From Nostoc sp. (GTDB lineage: Bacteria; Cyanobacteriota; Cyanobacteriia; Cyanobacteriales; Nostocaceae), in the NCBI GenBank assembly GCA_036918135.1, contig JBALDB010000018.1:1-64000 (forward strand): 64,000 nucleotides of DNA. The letters run 5' to 3'. The position numbers were made by a program, and so were the translations under genes. Within the stretch, counting starts at the first letter, position 1; every line of letters starts with the position of its first letter. Under the pieces are notes generated by a model that saw only the letters and a program-made list of their open reading frames with translations, ran no database searches and had not been told where the DNA came from. Positions 24,401 through 36,961 of this stretch are shown here, in pieces.

Positions 24401-26926
24401 ACAGAGGGTATGGTAGTTGACCAAGAAACCGGCTTTCTCTACATAGCTCAAGAAGATGTCGGCATCTGGAAATTCAACGCCGAACCAGACGGTGGCAAAA
24501 CAGGTAAACTAATTGACCGCGTGCGTTTTGAAGGTGGTTCTCACCTCACTGATGACGCTGAAGGGTTGACCATTTACTACGGTAAAAACGGCACAGGCTA
24601 CCTGCTAGCATCCAGCCAAGGCGATAGTACCTTTGTTGCCTACACTCGTGAAGGTAATAACGAATACGTGGGTAACTTTGCTATTGGTAACAACGGTTCG
24701 ATTGATAGCGTCCAAGAGTCAGATGGTGCCGATGTAACTAACGTGCCACTAGGGCCTAATTTCCCATTTGGTTTATTTGTTACTCAAGATGGGTCTAATG
24801 AACCTGCCAAAAACATTGATGGCGAAAACGTCAACTCGAACTTTAAGCTAGTGCCTTGGGAAAATATAGCCAATACCTTCCCCAATTCTTTAAATATCGA
24901 TACCACTAGTTACGATCCTCGCAATCCCGTTGCTCAACCCAAGTTGACTATCTATGACTTTGACAACCTACCCAAATTAGGCACCACCTCCAAAGGTCAA
25001 GATATTTTCTTGGGTGGTTTTTCTGGGTTGTATTTCCAAGGAATTGCCGCTAATGGCAACCTGAAATTTGTCACCAACACAGACCGCGGCCCCAATGGAG
25101 ATGCTGATGGAGTCAAAAGACCATTTTTATTACCCAACTTCCAGCCAGAAATAGTCAGCTTTGAACTCAATCGCACCACAGGTGAAATCACCATCACCAA
25201 CAGAACAAAGCTATTTCGCCAAGATGGCACAACGCCATTAACGGGACTACCAAACTTGCAAGCTGGGGCAAATGGCACAGCTTACACAGATGAAATTGCT
25301 GTTGACTTAAACAATAATGTTCTTCCTAACGATCCTTTGGGCGCAGACTTAGAGGGAATTGCAGTTGCACAAAATGGTGACTACTGGATGGTGGATGAGT
25401 ACCGTCCAGCAATTTATCACTTTGATAGTAATGGTAAACTAATTGACCGCTTTATTCCTCAAGGAACTGCCACTGCACCCAACCCAGACCAACCTGCCGG
25501 AACTTTTGGTACTGAGGTATTGCCAGCAGTTTATGCCCAACGCCGCAATAACCGAGGATTTGAAGCTGTAGCACTCCAAGGTAATAAATTATATGCCTTT
25601 ATTCAGAGTGCGATCGATAATCCAGATGTCCCCAATGACGCAAGTTCTAAAGCTTCTCTCAACCTGCGAATTCTAGAATTTGATATTGCCAGCAAGCAGG
25701 TAACAGGAGAGTATTTGTATCGCTTACAAGGTCTACCAGGAACCGATAAGATTGGTGATGCTGTTTCTTTAGGTAACGGCAAATTTGCAGTAGTTGAAAG
25801 AGACGACAATGGTACATCTGCTGGCAATAAACTAATTTACCAAATTAATTTAGCCGGAGCGACCAACATCAATAACCCTGCTAACTTTACTTTGCCAGCA
25901 GGTAAAACTATTGAACAATTGACCTCTACGGAGTTAGCTGCTGCCAATGTTACCCCTGTAACCAAAAGTTTGATTGCTAATGCTGCTCAGTTGGGTTACA
26001 CGGGAGTCGAAAAATTAGAAGGTTTAGCACTGGTAGCACCCAACACCTTAGCTTTGATTAACGACAACGACTTTAATGTTACTGGTAATACTCCTGCTGA
26101 GAAACTGGGTATTCTGGAATTACCCAATAACCTCACACCTGAGCCTACTTTCCCAGGCAACTTTGGTTCTAGCAACAGCGATAATGTAACAGTTGAGCCA
26201 GGAAATACATTCTTCGCGGGTGATGGTGCAGACTTTGTAGAAGGTACTAAAGGCAACACAATCGAAGCTGGAAACGGTGATGACACCGTACTCGTAGGCA
26301 GTGATTCTTCAGTATCCGGGGGAGAAGGTGACGACCAAATATTTATTGGTCAAAACGGTTCGGCTAAAAATACCAAAGTTGATGGTGGCAATGGTAATGA
26401 TGTTATTACCGTGGTGGAAACTGGTGGTAGTAATAATTTATTTGGAGCCGCTGGTAATGATACTCTTACAGTCGTTGAAGGTTCTCGTCAATGCTTATTC
26501 GGTGGAGATGGCAACGACACCCTCACCAGTAACAGCAGCAATAACCGTCTGTATGGTGGTTCTGGTGATGATAAACTCTTTTCCAATGTTAATGACTCGT
26601 TGTTTGGTGGCGATGGAGATGATGTACTATTTGCTGGTCAAGCAGGTGGTAATCGCCTGAGTGGTGGTGCTGGTGCTGACCAGTTTTGGATTGCCAATGG
26701 TAGTTTACCAACTAGCAAGAACATTGTGACTGATTTTACAATTGGTATTGACAAAATTTGGCTTGGTGGTATTGGTATCACTCAATTTAGTGGTTTAACT
26801 TTATTGCAACAGGGTAATGATACTTTGGTCAAAACCGGAAATACAGAGTTGGCTTCATTGGTTGGAATTAAATCGACTAGCCTCACAGCCAATGATTTCG
26901 TTTTCTCGGCTAGTGTTGTGGCTTAA
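21479..26926 (+). CDS. multidomain phytase: EEP domain, phytase-like domains, beta-propeller phytase and RTX tail
   Basis: SSKSHWD, HPTPP and SDHR (EEP); [14 protein letters not shown] and ESDG (beta-propeller phytase); SDNNF and NDNDF (phytase-like). Confidence 0.88.
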   Translation: MVTTSTIRFSQFNASLNRNAEGQLVTDLSTPDNAQAKAVAEIIQRNNSDVLLINEFDYSPQAVQLFKQNYLTVSQNGTTPVDYPYFYIAPSNTGIASGFDLNNNGTAITTPGTAGYGDDALGFGNFPGQYGMLLLSKYPIDTANIRTFQNFLWKDMPNALLPDDPATPQANDWYSPQELAVLRLSSKSHWDVPIEVNGKTIHVLASHPTPPTFDGAEDRNGKRNHDEIRFWADYITPGKGNYIYDDEGKTGGIAAGSSFVIMGDQNGDPLDGDSYDYAIRQLLQNSGINTNVIPTSLGGSQQAALQGGANANYKGNPAFDTADFADTTPGNLRSDYVLPSTDITIADSGVFWPLNTDPTFSPVGVFPFPSSDHRLVFADVQTGATPAGKTIPNIGFVGQTTFVTGFIPAGVAGTVNGVQTPVGGLSGVTYDAANNRYYAISDDRSLVAPARFYTFTTSDSGVTFTNVTPLKDTNGNFFATNSLDTEGIALTNNGTVFISSEGEVNPTAGRVTNPFIKEFSLTTGQEVRSLSVPSKFLPVVQDTNSDGIVDAGDTQTSGVYNNLAFESLTITPDQKTLFTATENALSEDGLKASLTNGSPSRILQYNLVTGQPEKEYLYITDAIPEAPNPSTGSADNGLADLLAIDNRGTFLALERSFAQGVGNTIKIYEVSLQGATDISFDDSLNNLSAEQLAAIKPAQKHLLLNLTDLNLPTDANHPITGVDNIEGLAFGPKLADGRQSIVLVSDNNFSSSQYTQILTLGADLVPTAAPTVETRPDLFDDEDPALPVVDRDADADDPAIYVNATNAADSLVLTSVKNAGLRVYDLSGNLLQTVNPGGIRYNNIDLQYGFKLGNQSIDIAVASDRQNDKLAIFKINPNPTTPGQYLEDITDSNIGTIFQGLPFQPPYSASTRSSYGLALYRSPETNDYYVFTTRRQTGDIAQFKLIDKGNGQIGAELVREFTIPSPTAAGRSPQTEGMVVDQETGFLYIAQEDVGIWKFNAEPDGGKTGKLIDRVRFEGGSHLTDDAEGLTIYYGKNGTGYLLASSQGDSTFVAYTREGNNEYVGNFAIGNNGSIDSVQESDGADVTNVPLGPNFPFGLFVTQDGSNEPAKNIDGENVNSNFKLVPWENIANTFPNSLNIDTTSYDPRNPVAQPKLTIYDFDNLPKLGTTSKGQDIFLGGFSGLYFQGIAANGNLKFVTNTDRGPNGDADGVKRPFLLPNFQPEIVSFELNRTTGEITITNRTKLFRQDGTTPLTGLPNLQAGANGTAYTDEIAVDLNNNVLPNDPLGADLEGIAVAQNGDYWMVDEYRPAIYHFDSNGKLIDRFIPQGTATAPNPDQPAGTFGTEVLPAVYAQRRNNRGFEAVALQGNKLYAFIQSAIDNPDVPNDASSKASLNLRILEFDIASKQVTGEYLYRLQGLPGTDKIGDAVSLGNGKFAVVERDDNGTSAGNKLIYQINLAGATNINNPANFTLPAGKTIEQLTSTELAAANVTPVTKSLIANAAQLGYTGVEKLEGLALVAPNTLALINDNDFNVTGNTPAEKLGILELPNNLTPEPTFPGNFGSSNSDNVTVEPGNTFFAGDGADFVEGTKGNTIEAGNGDDTVLVGSDSSVSGGEGDDQIFIGQNGSAKNTKVDGGNGNDVITVVETGGSNNLFGAAGNDTLTVVEGSRQCLFGGDGNDTLTSNSSNNRLYGGSGDDKLFSNVNDSLFGGDGDDVLFAGQAGGNRLSGGAGADQFWIANGSLPTSKNIVTDFTIGIDKIWLGGIGITQFSGLTLLQQGNDTLVKTGNTELASLVGIKSTSLTANDFVFSASVVA

Positions 26927-27142
26927 TTTGTTCGCCTAGCTTCTCATCAAAAAGTCTTTTGTAGGGACGTATAGCTGTATGTCCCTACAGCCTATTTGTT
27001 TGATAGGAAAGTTGTTAATGCGATCGCTTAGTTTCCTATTCAACGTTTTATTCCCTACTTTACTATTAGCAAAAGCTTGAACAAATTCAAGATATAAAAG
27101 TATTAATTTTTATCTTAAACTGCATTTTAGACTTAAATATGA

Positions 27143-27550
27143 CTATTTTGTATTTGGTAAGTACTTAGCTATATTACCCAGTATAAACGCCACCAGTTTT
27201 TTGACATTTTGGTGCTTTTTAATATAGCTTGCAGCTATAGGGCCAATACGATAATAATCACTAATGGGTGCGTTAAGCCTTGATGGATTGATTGCGGCGA
27301 TGACTATACCTGGAGGTACGAGTACTGAGGTCTCTTTTCGGATACAAACTCTTGCTCGTTCTAAAAGTGGAGCGATCGCTTTTTCAAATTCTATGCAAGT
27401 GATTTCAACATCCAAATCAATCCCTTTTCCGTCTTTAGTTGCAAAATAATGTTGCTTTACGAGCAGCATCTGGGAAATTAGCAAGTACTGAAATCACTAC
27501 ATCTTCAATTGGCTGTCCTAACGCTTCTTCAGCATTTTCTTTCAACTTGT
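27143..27550 (-). pseudogene. remnant of an Hsp70/DnaK-family gene with a CFI-box-CTERM-like tail
   Basis: Fragments KLKENAEEALGQPIEDVVISV and IDLDVEITCIEFEKAIAPLLER (Hsp70-like), then YYRIGPIAASYI; most of the gene is missing. Confidence 0.6.
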
Positions 27551-27573
27551 AAAAAATCGCAGAAGTTCACTAT

Positions 27574-27663
27574 TTAGCAGCAGATTATCAAGGCAAGTTA
27601 GAGCCAACTTCAGCAGTTCTATCAATTAGAAGTAGATGCTCTGTTTACAAATTTCCCAGATAT
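27574..27663 (+). pseudogene. degenerate copy of a GDPD-coding segment
   Basis: Aligns with 31358-31449 with indels. Confidence 0.75.
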
Positions 27664-27881
27664 CAAGGATGCTGCAAAGCGTCTACAATGGTTCACCTTT
27701 GGTGTTCCCATAGGTTAGCCCCCGCTACGACAGGCTACGTTTCGCATTTGTTATATATGTAAAGAAATATTTTTATTTATTAATAAATGCATCAAATCTA
27801 ATACTTAAAAAATTTTTTATCCCGTAAATAGGCATAAATTTTCTATCAACATATTAGGTAAAAGATTACAAGTCAAGATTT

Positions 27882-27911
27882 CTTAACCAATCCACAATTT
27901 TTTCACAACTT
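27882..27911 (+). promoter_or_regulatory. weak Pho-box-like tandem repeat
   Basis: CTTAACCA-atc-CACAATTT-ttt-CACAACTT, 11-bp period, upstream of the alkaline phosphatase gene. Confidence 0.45.
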
Positions 27912-28144
27912 TAACTCTGTAAGTTAATTAGTATGTAATTCTCATTATTAATTTTGATACTTAAATGTTCTAGTAATAAGTCAATTGTAGTGGTGGTTGA
28001 CATTTAATAGTTCAGACTCACAACTTACCAGTCAATTACATCTTTGAAGCCAAAAACTATTAACTTTACCCTCACCAAATGACTTTGATGATTCCACTGG
28101 AGCGAAGACCATTTCAATAATTAGACACAGGGAGATTCTCTTTC

Positions 28145-31100
28145 ATGGCTAAGAACGTCATCATTATGATTGGAGATGGTATGGGCTGGGAAATGGCTCG
28201 TGCTGCATCAATCTATAAAGAGATTCAAAATGGAAAGACAGGTGCTAATCTAAGCGATTTTTATACACAAGGTAAGGGTCAAGGACTTAACTTTCAAACA
28301 CTCCAAGGCTATGGTTTGGTAACCACCTATGGGACAACGATCGCTGATAGTAATGGAGTTTTTAGCACTGCTAATTCGGCTGTTGACGGTACTAACCCCA
28401 TTACAGGAGAAAGTCCAGTTCGCCCTGGTTTCACCTTTAATCCAACTTTCAACCCAGGTAATACCCCCACAGGCGGTGCAAAAGTCAGTCATGGTGCTGT
28501 TGGTAACCTCGTAGGTTACGATCCTACCAAAGGTGGTGTTAATCCTTGGACTCCGGGTAATGACCCCGAATATATTAAGTACAGCTATCCTGACTCTGCA
28601 AACACAGCTACAACTCTCTACACTGGGGTCAAGAGCTATAACAACGCCATTGCTGTTGATATTTTCGAGAATCCTCTAGAAACAATTCTCAAAACTGCGA
28701 ACGAAGTTGGTAAATCTACTGGTTTGGTAACTTCAGTTCCCATCGACCATGCCACACCCGCAGCAGCAGCAGCCAACGTCAACCGTCGCAGCAAGTACGA
28801 TGATGACTATCCGGCATTAGACAACATCCTGCAACAGCAACTCCGTGTTTATCAACCAACAGTATTACTTGGTGGTGGACACCCACTTTCAGCTCCTGGA
28901 GACTTACTACCAAACGGAGTTGAGCCGAATCGCAGTAATGAATTCATTCGTCAATCTACTTACACAGAACTTAGCACTAAACCAACTAATAACATCTACG
29001 ATTACACCTTTTTGGAGCGGGGTGAGAATGCTGCACAGAAACTAGCTCAAACGGCGGCGACACTCGATCCCGAAAAAGGCGATCGCCTCTTGGGTCTGTA
29101 CGGCGCTCGTGGTCAAAATGGTAACTTGCCTGTAAGTTCTGCCAACGGCGACTACAGTACCACTGGTTTAGATATGTTCAGCGTTTTCGCTAACCAAGGT
29201 GATAACGCCAAAGTAGACACCAAGCGTCCCCTACTTCCTGGAGAAACGGATGCATCTTTCATCGCCAAAGAAACTAACGAAAACCCAACCCTCAATAACT
29301 TGACAAACGCTGCATTAGATGTATTAGGTAAAGACCCCGATGGTTTCTGGTTGATGGTTGAAGGTGGCGATATTGATTGGTCTGCCCATGATAACAACAT
29401 GGACAACCTAATCGGTACTGTATTGGACTTTGATAAAGCAGTCGGTTCTACCATTGACTGGATCGAAAAAAATGGTGGTTGGGAAGAAAACCAACTCATC
29501 GTTACAGCTGACCACGATCACTATCTGACTCTCAACGGTGATTTTCCGACTTTAGTACAAAATCAAGATGCTCAAGCGTTAACCGATCTCGATACCCCAG
29601 CAGAAGTTGGACATTACTGGGGGTCAGATCCCACCGTCAAGTATGGTTGGGGAAGTCACACCAACCGTCCTGTACCTGTTTACTATCAAGGCGCTGGTTC
29701 TGAAGTGCTAAATAGCTTGGTGGGTCAAGGTTATAACGCCTACCGTTCTAATATTCCCGGAATTGCAGGTTTAAATGACCAAACCCACATTTACCAGACG
29801 ATGTTTGCTTCAATAGTGCCAAAAGTTGAGTTAGTCGGTTTTGCCTCTTTACCCGCTGATACTTTTAGTGATGGGCCACCTTCTGGTAAAGATGTTTCAG
29901 CTAATGGTAGAACAGGGCCTTTCCCAGGACAGCCAATTCAAGGCTTTAGCGGTGTCCAATTTGCTAACAGCAACTCTTTTTACTTCTTGTCAGACAATGG
30001 TTACGGTAGCAAAGACAATAGTGAAGACTTTCTGCTGCGAATCAATCGTCTAAATCCGAATTTTAAAGGAACAGAAAACGGCGACGGCAACGTTAAAGTT
30101 TTAGACTACATTCAACTGTCTGATCCTAACCACAAAGTTCCTTTCCAAATCGTCAATGAAGGCACTACCAATAGATTACTAACTGGTGCTGACTTTGATG
30201 TGGAGTCATTTGTCTTTGATAAAGACGGCACAATCTGGGTGGGAGATGAGTTTGGCCCTTATCTACTACATTTTGATGTTACTGGTAAGTTATTAGAAGC
30301 TCCCATCGCTACACCTGACCATTTCAAAACTTTAGATGGAGAAGCACCTAAAGTTATTGGTCACAGAGGTGCAAGTGGCTATCGTCCAGAACACACCTTA
30401 GAGTCTTATAAGCAAGCAATTGAACGCGGCGCTGACTTTATTGAGCCTGATTTGGTAGTAACCAAAGATGGTGTGTTGATTGCTCGTCACGAGCCTGCTT
30501 TAGCAGTTTTGAATGCTGATGGTACTGTTAATTTCAACAATACAACCACAGATGTTTACAAGCATCCAGAGTTTGCCGATCGCAAAAAAACAGTAAGCTT
30601 AGATGGCAACACAATTACAGGTTGGTTTGCTGAAGATTTCACCTTAGCTGAAATCAAAACTCTACGAGCAGAAGAACGTTTACCTTTCCGCGATCATTCC
30701 TTTGACGATAAATTTGAGATTCCCACCCTCACGGAAATCATCAATTTGGTTAAAGATGTGGAAGCCAAGACAGGTAAAAAGATTGGTATCTACCCGGAAA
30801 CTAAGCATCCGACCTATTTTGCTGATGAGGCCACCTATGTAGGCACTACAGACAAAATACACAGAAATATCAGTCAGTTACTCATTGATACACTCAAAGC
30901 AAATAACTTTACTGACCCCAGTCGCATCTTCATCCAGTCCTTTGAAGTGAGTAACCTCAAAGAACTGCACGATCGCATTATGCCTGCGGCAGGTGTAGAT
31001 ATTCCACTTGTGCAACTTTTAGATGCCAGTGATATTGATATCAACGGCAAGATTATCGAAAGTCAGCCTTATGATTTGAAAGTCAGTGGTGATACTCGCA

Positions 31101-32917
31101 CTTATGGCGACTTGCGAACTCCAGAAGGCTTGGCTGAAGTTGCCACTTATGCTGATGGCATTGGCCCTTGGAAGCGGATGATTGTTAGTGTCAAAGGTAC
31201 TGATGTCAATGGCGATGGCAAAGCAGATGATGTCAATGGAGATGGAGCAGTTAATGATGCTGACAAAACAACATTACCTCCCAGTACCTTAGTTCAAGAT
31301 GCTCACAATGCAGGCTTGCAGGTTCACCCTTACACCTTCCGGGCGGAAGATCAATACTTAGCAGCAGATTACAAAGGTAAGCTAGAGTCTGAAATTCAGC
31401 AGTTCTATCAATTAGGGGTAGATGCACTCTTCTCAGATTTCCCAGATATTGCGGATAAAGTACGGGATAAACTTAGAGACGATCCTGAATATAATGTAGT
31501 GCGATCGCCACAAAACCCCGATGTACTCTCAGGAGATACTTTTGCTAACTTAGCTAGCTCCAAAGGTTTTGAAGGCGGAGCAATCAACGCCAGCAAAACC
31601 AAGCTCTATATGCTGCTAGAAGGCACAGTTCAAGGCGATACTCCTAGTGCTTTGCGGATTAACGAATTTGATTTAGCCAGTCACAAGTATACTGATAGAA
31701 AACTTTACTATAGACTGGACAATCCCTCAAATTCAATCGGAGATTTAGCAGTCATTAATGACAATGAGTACCTTGTAATTGAGCGGGACAACAATCAAGG
31801 AGCTGCGGCTAAATTCAAGAGAATCTACAAAATAGACTTGTCTAAAACAGATTCTAATGGCTATGTAGCCAAACAAGAAGTTGCAGACTTGTTAAATATC
31901 CAAGACCCCAATGACCTGAATGGCGATGGCAAAACTAAATTTGACTTCCCCTTTCAAACAATTGAAAATGTCTTAGTTGTTGACAAAAATACCATTTTGG
32001 TTGCCAATGACAACAACTATCCTTTCTCAACAGGTCGTCCAGGGAACGATCCTCAAAATCCAGTTATAGACAACGACGAAATTCTGCTTTTGAAGTTGGA
32101 GAAGCCGCTTAATCTTGCTCCTGGCTTAGGTCAACCTCAAGCTGAAGAAATTAATTTTGGCTCCCCTAACAGCGATACTATTACCGCTGAGCCAAATCAA
32201 ACTTTATTTACAGGTGATGGAGCAGACTTTGTAGAAGGTACTACAGGTAACACAATCCAGACTGGGAATGGTGAAGATACGGTACTAGTTGGCAGCGATT
32301 CTTCAGTGTCCACAGCAGACGGTGATGACAGTATCTTTGTCGGTCAAAATGGTGCTGCTAGTAACACAACTGCCGATAGTGGCAATGGTGATGACCAAGT
32401 TACTGTAGTGGAAGCCAATGGTAGTAATAATCTATTTGGGGCAGCAGGTAATGATACTTTGACAGTAGTTGAAGGTACTGGTCAACTGTCCTTTGGTGGT
32501 TCAGGTAAGGATACCCTTAAGAGTGAAGGTAGCAACAACCGTTTATATGGTGGTTCTGGAGATGACAAACTTTTCTCTAGTGTCAATGACTCGTTGTTTG
32601 GTGGCGATGGTGATGATGTGCTATTTGCTGGTCAAGATGGCGGTAATCGCCTAACTGGTGGTGCTGGTGCTGACCAGTTTTGGGTTGCTAACGCCAGTCT
32701 GCCAACTAGTAAGAACATTGTGACTGACTTTGCGATCGGTGTTGACAAAATTGGACTTGGTGGTATTGGTGTCACTCAATTTAGTGCCTTAACTCTATTG
32801 CAACAAGGTAGTGATACTTTGGTGAAAATCGGAAATACACAGTTGGCTTCATTGGTTGGAGTTACATCAACTAGCCTTACAGCAAATGACTTTGTTTTTG
32901 CTGCTAGTGTAGTTTAG
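28145..32917 (+). CDS. alkaline phosphatase fused to phytase-like and glycerophosphodiester phosphodiesterase domains, RTX tail
   Basis: [32 protein letters not shown] and TADH (PhoA); IGHRGASG...PEHT...EPDL (GDPD). Confidence 0.9.
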   Translation: MAKNVIIMIGDGMGWEMARAASIYKEIQNGKTGANLSDFYTQGKGQGLNFQTLQGYGLVTTYGTTIADSNGVFSTANSAVDGTNPITGESPVRPGFTFNPTFNPGNTPTGGAKVSHGAVGNLVGYDPTKGGVNPWTPGNDPEYIKYSYPDSANTATTLYTGVKSYNNAIAVDIFENPLETILKTANEVGKSTGLVTSVPIDHATPAAAAANVNRRSKYDDDYPALDNILQQQLRVYQPTVLLGGGHPLSAPGDLLPNGVEPNRSNEFIRQSTYTELSTKPTNNIYDYTFLERGENAAQKLAQTAATLDPEKGDRLLGLYGARGQNGNLPVSSANGDYSTTGLDMFSVFANQGDNAKVDTKRPLLPGETDASFIAKETNENPTLNNLTNAALDVLGKDPDGFWLMVEGGDIDWSAHDNNMDNLIGTVLDFDKAVGSTIDWIEKNGGWEENQLIVTADHDHYLTLNGDFPTLVQNQDAQALTDLDTPAEVGHYWGSDPTVKYGWGSHTNRPVPVYYQGAGSEVLNSLVGQGYNAYRSNIPGIAGLNDQTHIYQTMFASIVPKVELVGFASLPADTFSDGPPSGKDVSANGRTGPFPGQPIQGFSGVQFANSNSFYFLSDNGYGSKDNSEDFLLRINRLNPNFKGTENGDGNVKVLDYIQLSDPNHKVPFQIVNEGTTNRLLTGADFDVESFVFDKDGTIWVGDEFGPYLLHFDVTGKLLEAPIATPDHFKTLDGEAPKVIGHRGASGYRPEHTLESYKQAIERGADFIEPDLVVTKDGVLIARHEPALAVLNADGTVNFNNTTTDVYKHPEFADRKKTVSLDGNTITGWFAEDFTLAEIKTLRAEERLPFRDHSFDDKFEIPTLTEIINLVKDVEAKTGKKIGIYPETKHPTYFADEATYVGTTDKIHRNISQLLIDTLKANNFTDPSRIFIQSFEVSNLKELHDRIMPAAGVDIPLVQLLDASDIDINGKIIESQPYDLKVSGDTRTYGDLRTPEGLAEVATYADGIGPWKRMIVSVKGTDVNGDGKADDVNGDGAVNDADKTTLPPSTLVQDAHNAGLQVHPYTFRAEDQYLAADYKGKLESEIQQFYQLGVDALFSDFPDIADKVRDKLRDDPEYNVVRSPQNPDVLSGDTFANLASSKGFEGGAINASKTKLYMLLEGTVQGDTPSALRINEFDLASHKYTDRKLYYRLDNPSNSIGDLAVINDNEYLVIERDNNQGAAAKFKRIYKIDLSKTDSNGYVAKQEVADLLNIQDPNDLNGDGKTKFDFPFQTIENVLVVDKNTILVANDNNYPFSTGRPGNDPQNPVIDNDEILLLKLEKPLNLAPGLGQPQAEEINFGSPNSDTITAEPNQTLFTGDGADFVEGTTGNTIQTGNGEDTVLVGSDSSVSTADGDDSIFVGQNGAASNTTADSGNGDDQVTVVEANGSNNLFGAAGNDTLTVVEGTGQLSFGGSGKDTLKSEGSNNRLYGGSGDDKLFSSVNDSLFGGDGDDVLFAGQDGGNRLTGGAGADQFWVANASLPTSKNIVTDFAIGVDKIGLGGIGVTQFSALTLLQQGSDTLVKIGNTQLASLVGVTSTSLTANDFVFAASVV

Positions 32918-33055
32918 CTCGAAGTGATTACAGTTTAAATTCAACATTCAAAATTAATTAAGCTGTAATGATTTTGCGATTGTGAGGGAGTATTACTCCC
33001 TTGCTTTTTATATCTGTGAGAAATTGATTTACAAGATGTTTGTAAAGTCTAAAAT

Positions 33056-33085
33056 TTTAACTTGTTCATAACTTTCCTTAAACTT
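33056..33085 (+). promoter_or_regulatory. Pho box (SphR/PhoB-type) candidate
   Basis: TTTAACTT-gtt-CATAACTT-tcc-TTAAACTT: three 8-mers with 3-bp spacers resembling PyTTAAPyPy(T/A). Confidence 0.65.
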
Positions 33086-33317
33086 TGAACAACTATCTTT
33101 TGAAACACTGACCAGAGTTACATTCATTTAATTGTCTGCACTAAATTGTGTGGATAATAAGCATTTTTCACCAAATACTACTCAGGTTTTTGTAAACAAT
33201 AATTTTTGCTTGATTTAAGTGTAATTAATTACCTAGTCTTCAGACACAAAACTGCTGCGTAGGCGTAGCCAGCTGTAGGCATCGCTCGTAGCTTACAATA
33301 TTTAAGGAGTAGTCGGC

Positions 33318-35993
33318 ATGGCTGATACAAACGGCAACGGTAGAAATGTCATTATTTTTGTGGCGGATGGATTGCGTAATGGTTCTGTAAACCCGACTGA
33401 CGCCCCAACTTTATATAGCATCCGCCAGCAGGGAGTTAATTTTACTAACAGTCATTCGCTATTTCCGACATTTACCACTCCGAATGCTTCGGCGATCGCC
33501 ACAGGACATTATCTTGGAGATACAGGTGACTTTAGCAATACTGTCTACACTGGTTTTCCTGTTCCTAATGCTAACGGCAGTGTCACACCATTCATCGAAA
33601 ATGATGCAGTTCTCGGAGATATTGACGAAAAGTTTCCTGGAAACAACTTTCTTGATGAAGAGTCACTGCTATCCTATGCACGGGCGCAAGGCTTCAATAC
33701 CGCTGCAATTGGTAAGCTAGGGCCAGTTGCCATCCAAGATGTCACACAAGTAAACCGAGATAGCGGCACTGATAGCAATATTCCCACCCCAGATACTGTA
33801 ATTATCGACGATCGCACAGGTGCAGCAGCTAATCCGGTAACAGGTTCACCTCAAGCTGTACCACTCGATCCTGATATAGCAGCTCGTCTAGAAGCAGTTG
33901 GCCTACCCACTACAACTCCTGGTAGAGGGGCAAATGGTAATTCTGGCAATAACACAACTCCTGGAACTACAGTTGCCAATGTTGACCAGCAACAGTTCTT
34001 TATCGATGCCACTACCAAGGCAGTTCTCCCGAAGTTTCAGACAGAGGATAAACCATTCGTATTGGTTTACTGGTCAAGAGACCCTGACGGAACTCAACAC
34101 AATCAAGGTGATAGCTTAAACAGTTTGACACCGGGCATCAATGGTGATACTTCCAAAGCTGGAATCAAGAATGCTGACAATAACTTAAAGCAGCTTCTTG
34201 ATTACCTCAAAAGTACAGGTTTGGACAAAACTACAGATGTCTTTATTACTGCTGACCACGGTTTTTCCACCATCAGCAAACAAGTTACTGATAACCAAGG
34301 CACAACAACAAATAGTTATGCTGCAACTCAAACCTACGCTGGTGTCAATCCTGGATTTCTACCACCAGGTTTTGTTGCGATTGATTTGGCTCACGATTTA
34401 AATCTACCTTTATACGATCCTGATAAAAATACAGTCACTCCTTTAGACATCGATAACATTCAGTATGCTGCTGTTGATGCAACACAAGGTCAACGCCCGA
34501 CAGCTGGGAATGGTGTAATTGGCGGTAGCGGTCAGGTAATTGATGGCCACCTCGACTCAGCCACAAAGGTAGTTGTAGCTGCTAACGGTGGTTCGGATCT
34601 GATTTATTTGCCCAATGGTAATGCTGACCTAGCCAAACAGGTAGTGAATTTGCTTTCGCAAAAAGACTACATCAGTGGTATTTTCGTAGATGACGCCTAT
34701 GGAAACATTCCAGGTGCTTTACCACTAAGTGCGATCGGGCTAAAAGGTAATGCTCAAACACCCGTTCCAGCGATTGTAATCAACTTCAAAACCTTTAGTA
34801 CCGACCCAAATAACCCAAACAACCCTCAAGCTGAGGTAGAGATTGCTGACACAGGCTTACAACAAGGGCAAGGGATGCATGGCAGTTTTGGTCGGGGCGA
34901 TACCTTCAATAACATGGAGGCTATTGGCCCTGATTTCAAATCAGGTTATGTAGACTATGCACCTGTCAGTAATGCTGACGTAACACCCACACTCGCTAAG
35001 ATTTTGGGTTTGAATATTCCTAGTAATGGCGATTTGAAAGGTCGTGCCATCACAGAGGCATTAGTGGGAGGGCCTGATTCAGTCTCCTTCACCCAAGGAA
35101 CCTTGACTTCAGAAGAAGCTGCTAACGGTCAAACAACAATTCTCAACTATCAGAGTGTAGGTAATACTCAGTACTTTACAGCAGCAGGGTTTGCCGATCG
35201 CACTGTTGGACTATCAACATTAGATGTTGATTTTGGTACTACAAGTAGCGATGATGTCACCCTCAAGTCAAACCAAACCTTATTCACAGGCGACGGAGCA
35301 GACTTTGTAGAAGGTACTACAGGTAACACAATCCAGACTGGCAATGGTGATGACACTGTATTGGTAGGCAGTAACTCTTCAGTATCCGCAGGAGACGGAG
35401 ATGATAATGTCTTTATTGGTCAAAATGGTGCTGCTAGCAATACCAGCGCTGATGGTGGCAATGGTGATGACCAAATCACAGTAATCGAAGCCAATGGTAG
35501 TAATAACCTATTTGGAGGCGCAGGTGCTGATACTCTGACAGTAGTTGAAGGTTCGCGTCAATTATCCTTTGGTGGTTCAGGTAAGGATACCCTCAAGAGT
35601 GAAGGTAGCAATAACCGTTTGTATGGTGGTTCTGGAGATGACAAACTCTTCTCTGGTGTCAATGACTTGTTGTTTGGTGGCGATGGCGATGATGTGCTAT
35701 TTGCTGGTCAAGGAGGTGGTAATAGCCTCAGTGGCGGTACTGGTGCAGACCAGTTTTGGATAGCCAATGGCAGTTTACCAACTAGCAACAACACCATTTC
35801 TGACTTCAGCATCGGTGTTGACAAAATTGGACTTGGTGGTATTGGTGTCACTCAATTTAGTGCCTTAACTCTATTGCAACAAGGTAGTGACACTTTAGTG
35901 AAAATCGGAAATACACAGTTGGCTTCATTAGTTGGAATTACCTCAACTAGCCTTACAGCAAATGACTTTGTTTTTGCTGCTAGTGTGATTTAG
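33318..35993 (+). CDS. alkaline phosphatase-superfamily nucleotide pyrophosphatase/phosphodiesterase with RTX tail
   Basis: [15 protein letters not shown] (catalytic Thr), DPDGTQH, TADHG, GMHG. Confidence 0.88.
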   Translation: MADTNGNGRNVIIFVADGLRNGSVNPTDAPTLYSIRQQGVNFTNSHSLFPTFTTPNASAIATGHYLGDTGDFSNTVYTGFPVPNANGSVTPFIENDAVLGDIDEKFPGNNFLDEESLLSYARAQGFNTAAIGKLGPVAIQDVTQVNRDSGTDSNIPTPDTVIIDDRTGAAANPVTGSPQAVPLDPDIAARLEAVGLPTTTPGRGANGNSGNNTTPGTTVANVDQQQFFIDATTKAVLPKFQTEDKPFVLVYWSRDPDGTQHNQGDSLNSLTPGINGDTSKAGIKNADNNLKQLLDYLKSTGLDKTTDVFITADHGFSTISKQVTDNQGTTTNSYAATQTYAGVNPGFLPPGFVAIDLAHDLNLPLYDPDKNTVTPLDIDNIQYAAVDATQGQRPTAGNGVIGGSGQVIDGHLDSATKVVVAANGGSDLIYLPNGNADLAKQVVNLLSQKDYISGIFVDDAYGNIPGALPLSAIGLKGNAQTPVPAIVINFKTFSTDPNNPNNPQAEVEIADTGLQQGQGMHGSFGRGDTFNNMEAIGPDFKSGYVDYAPVSNADVTPTLAKILGLNIPSNGDLKGRAITEALVGGPDSVSFTQGTLTSEEAANGQTTILNYQSVGNTQYFTAAGFADRTVGLSTLDVDFGTTSSDDVTLKSNQTLFTGDGADFVEGTTGNTIQTGNGDDTVLVGSNSSVSAGDGDDNVFIGQNGAASNTSADGGNGDDQITVIEANGSNNLFGGAGADTLTVVEGSRQLSFGGSGKDTLKSEGSNNRLYGGSGDDKLFSGVNDLLFGGDGDDVLFAGQGGGNSLSGGTGADQFWIANGSLPTSNNTISDFSIGVDKIGLGGIGVTQFSALTLLQQGSDTLVKIGNTQLASLVGITSTSLTANDFVFAASVI

Positions 35994-36274
35994 CCAAAAG
36001 ATGATTACAGCTTAAATTCAATATTCCAAATTAACTAATGCTGTAATGATTTTGCTTATACGAGGGAGTGATACTCCTTCGCTTTTTATATGAGCAACGT
36101 GAAACCCAACATGGATAAGGATGTTGGGTTTTCTAATTGTGGAGTGGGTGTCTCAGTTGTCTGGAACAAAAGACGGGTAAGATACCTACCCCACAAGATT
36201 AGATAATTTATTTGTTGGAAGTCCTTAATACTTACTCTCATAACCTACGCTAATCCGTATTTGTTCAAAAAATT

Positions 36275-36323
36275 TGTAGTATCTCCTTGACAATATGTAT
36301 TTTATATATTACAAATGTAGTAT
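36275..36323 (+). promoter_or_regulatory. promoter with two TGTAGTAT operator boxes
   Basis: TGTAGTAT at 36275-36282 and 36316-36323 flanking TTGACA (36287-36292) and TACAAA 17 bp downstream. Confidence 0.65.
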
Positions 36324-36365
36324 GAGAACAAAAGCTTTTCTAAAAGGCTAAGGCAAAACATCTCA

Positions 36366-36385
36366 GAACCTAGAAAACCGAATAG
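36366..36385 (+). promoter_or_regulatory. rrn-type boxA antitermination-like element
   Basis: GAACCTAGAAAACCGAATAG resembles the cyanobacterial rRNA ITS boxA (GAACCTTGAAAA) and following motif; small hairpin upstream. Confidence 0.6.
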
Positions 36386-36401
36386 CAAGTTACGACTTTT
36401 T

Positions 36402-36482
36402 GGGGTCGCGATTGGTGTTCGACTGCTCCGAAACCAACAAACGGACGGTAGCAGGATTCGGGTTCAATTCCCGACGACTCCA
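36402..36482 (+). ncRNA. mini-tmRNA (tRNA-like domain only, no tag reading frame)
   Basis: GGGGTCG/CGACTCC-A acceptor with G3.U70; tmRNA-type D region TGGTGTTCGAC; T arm TCGGG-TTCAATT-CCCGA; short helix 2. Confidence 0.8.
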
Positions 36483-36499
36483 CTGACTTCTACTTGTTT

Positions 36500-36706
36500 G
36501 GGTCTGTAACTCTAATGGTAGAGCGCCCAGATTCACTTGTGCTCTGACAGAAAAAGCTTACATACTTGCTCAAAGGTAGAGCGATCGTCTCTAAAACGAT
36601 AAGTGCAGGTTCAATTCCTGCGGTGTAACCACAGCTTTTTCAACTCGCACGAAGTGTGAGTGCAACTCTCACAGGGAAGGTATCGGTTCAATTCCGATCA
36701 GATCCA
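36500..36706 (+). ncRNA. handle RNA 1: Ala-identity tRNA shell whose anticodon arm holds a handle carrying a second tRNA-like body (CUA anticodon)
   Basis: Outer GGGTCTG/CAGATCC-A with D and T arms; handle 36539-36650; inner cloverleaf 36558-36631. Confidence 0.8.
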
Positions 36707-36732
36707 CTAAATAATTTGTAATTCGTAATTAA

Positions 36733-36948
<216 letters not shown>

Positions 36949-36961
36949 AATATTTAGTTAA

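Noticed and set aside
16078..35763. Many short alternative-frame and antisense ORFs within the four large genes
   Set aside because: Expected shadows of long, codon-biased, repetitive coding sequence.
36558..36631. tRNA-Pyl or bona fide amber suppressor gene
   Set aside because: It has a canonical-type D and T arm rather than Pyl features, a bulged acceptor buried in the handle, and no pyl genes nearby.
36529..36673. Group I or II intron in a tRNA anticodon loop
   Set aside because: Too short, no recognisable catalytic core, and removal does not restore a normal anticodon arm.
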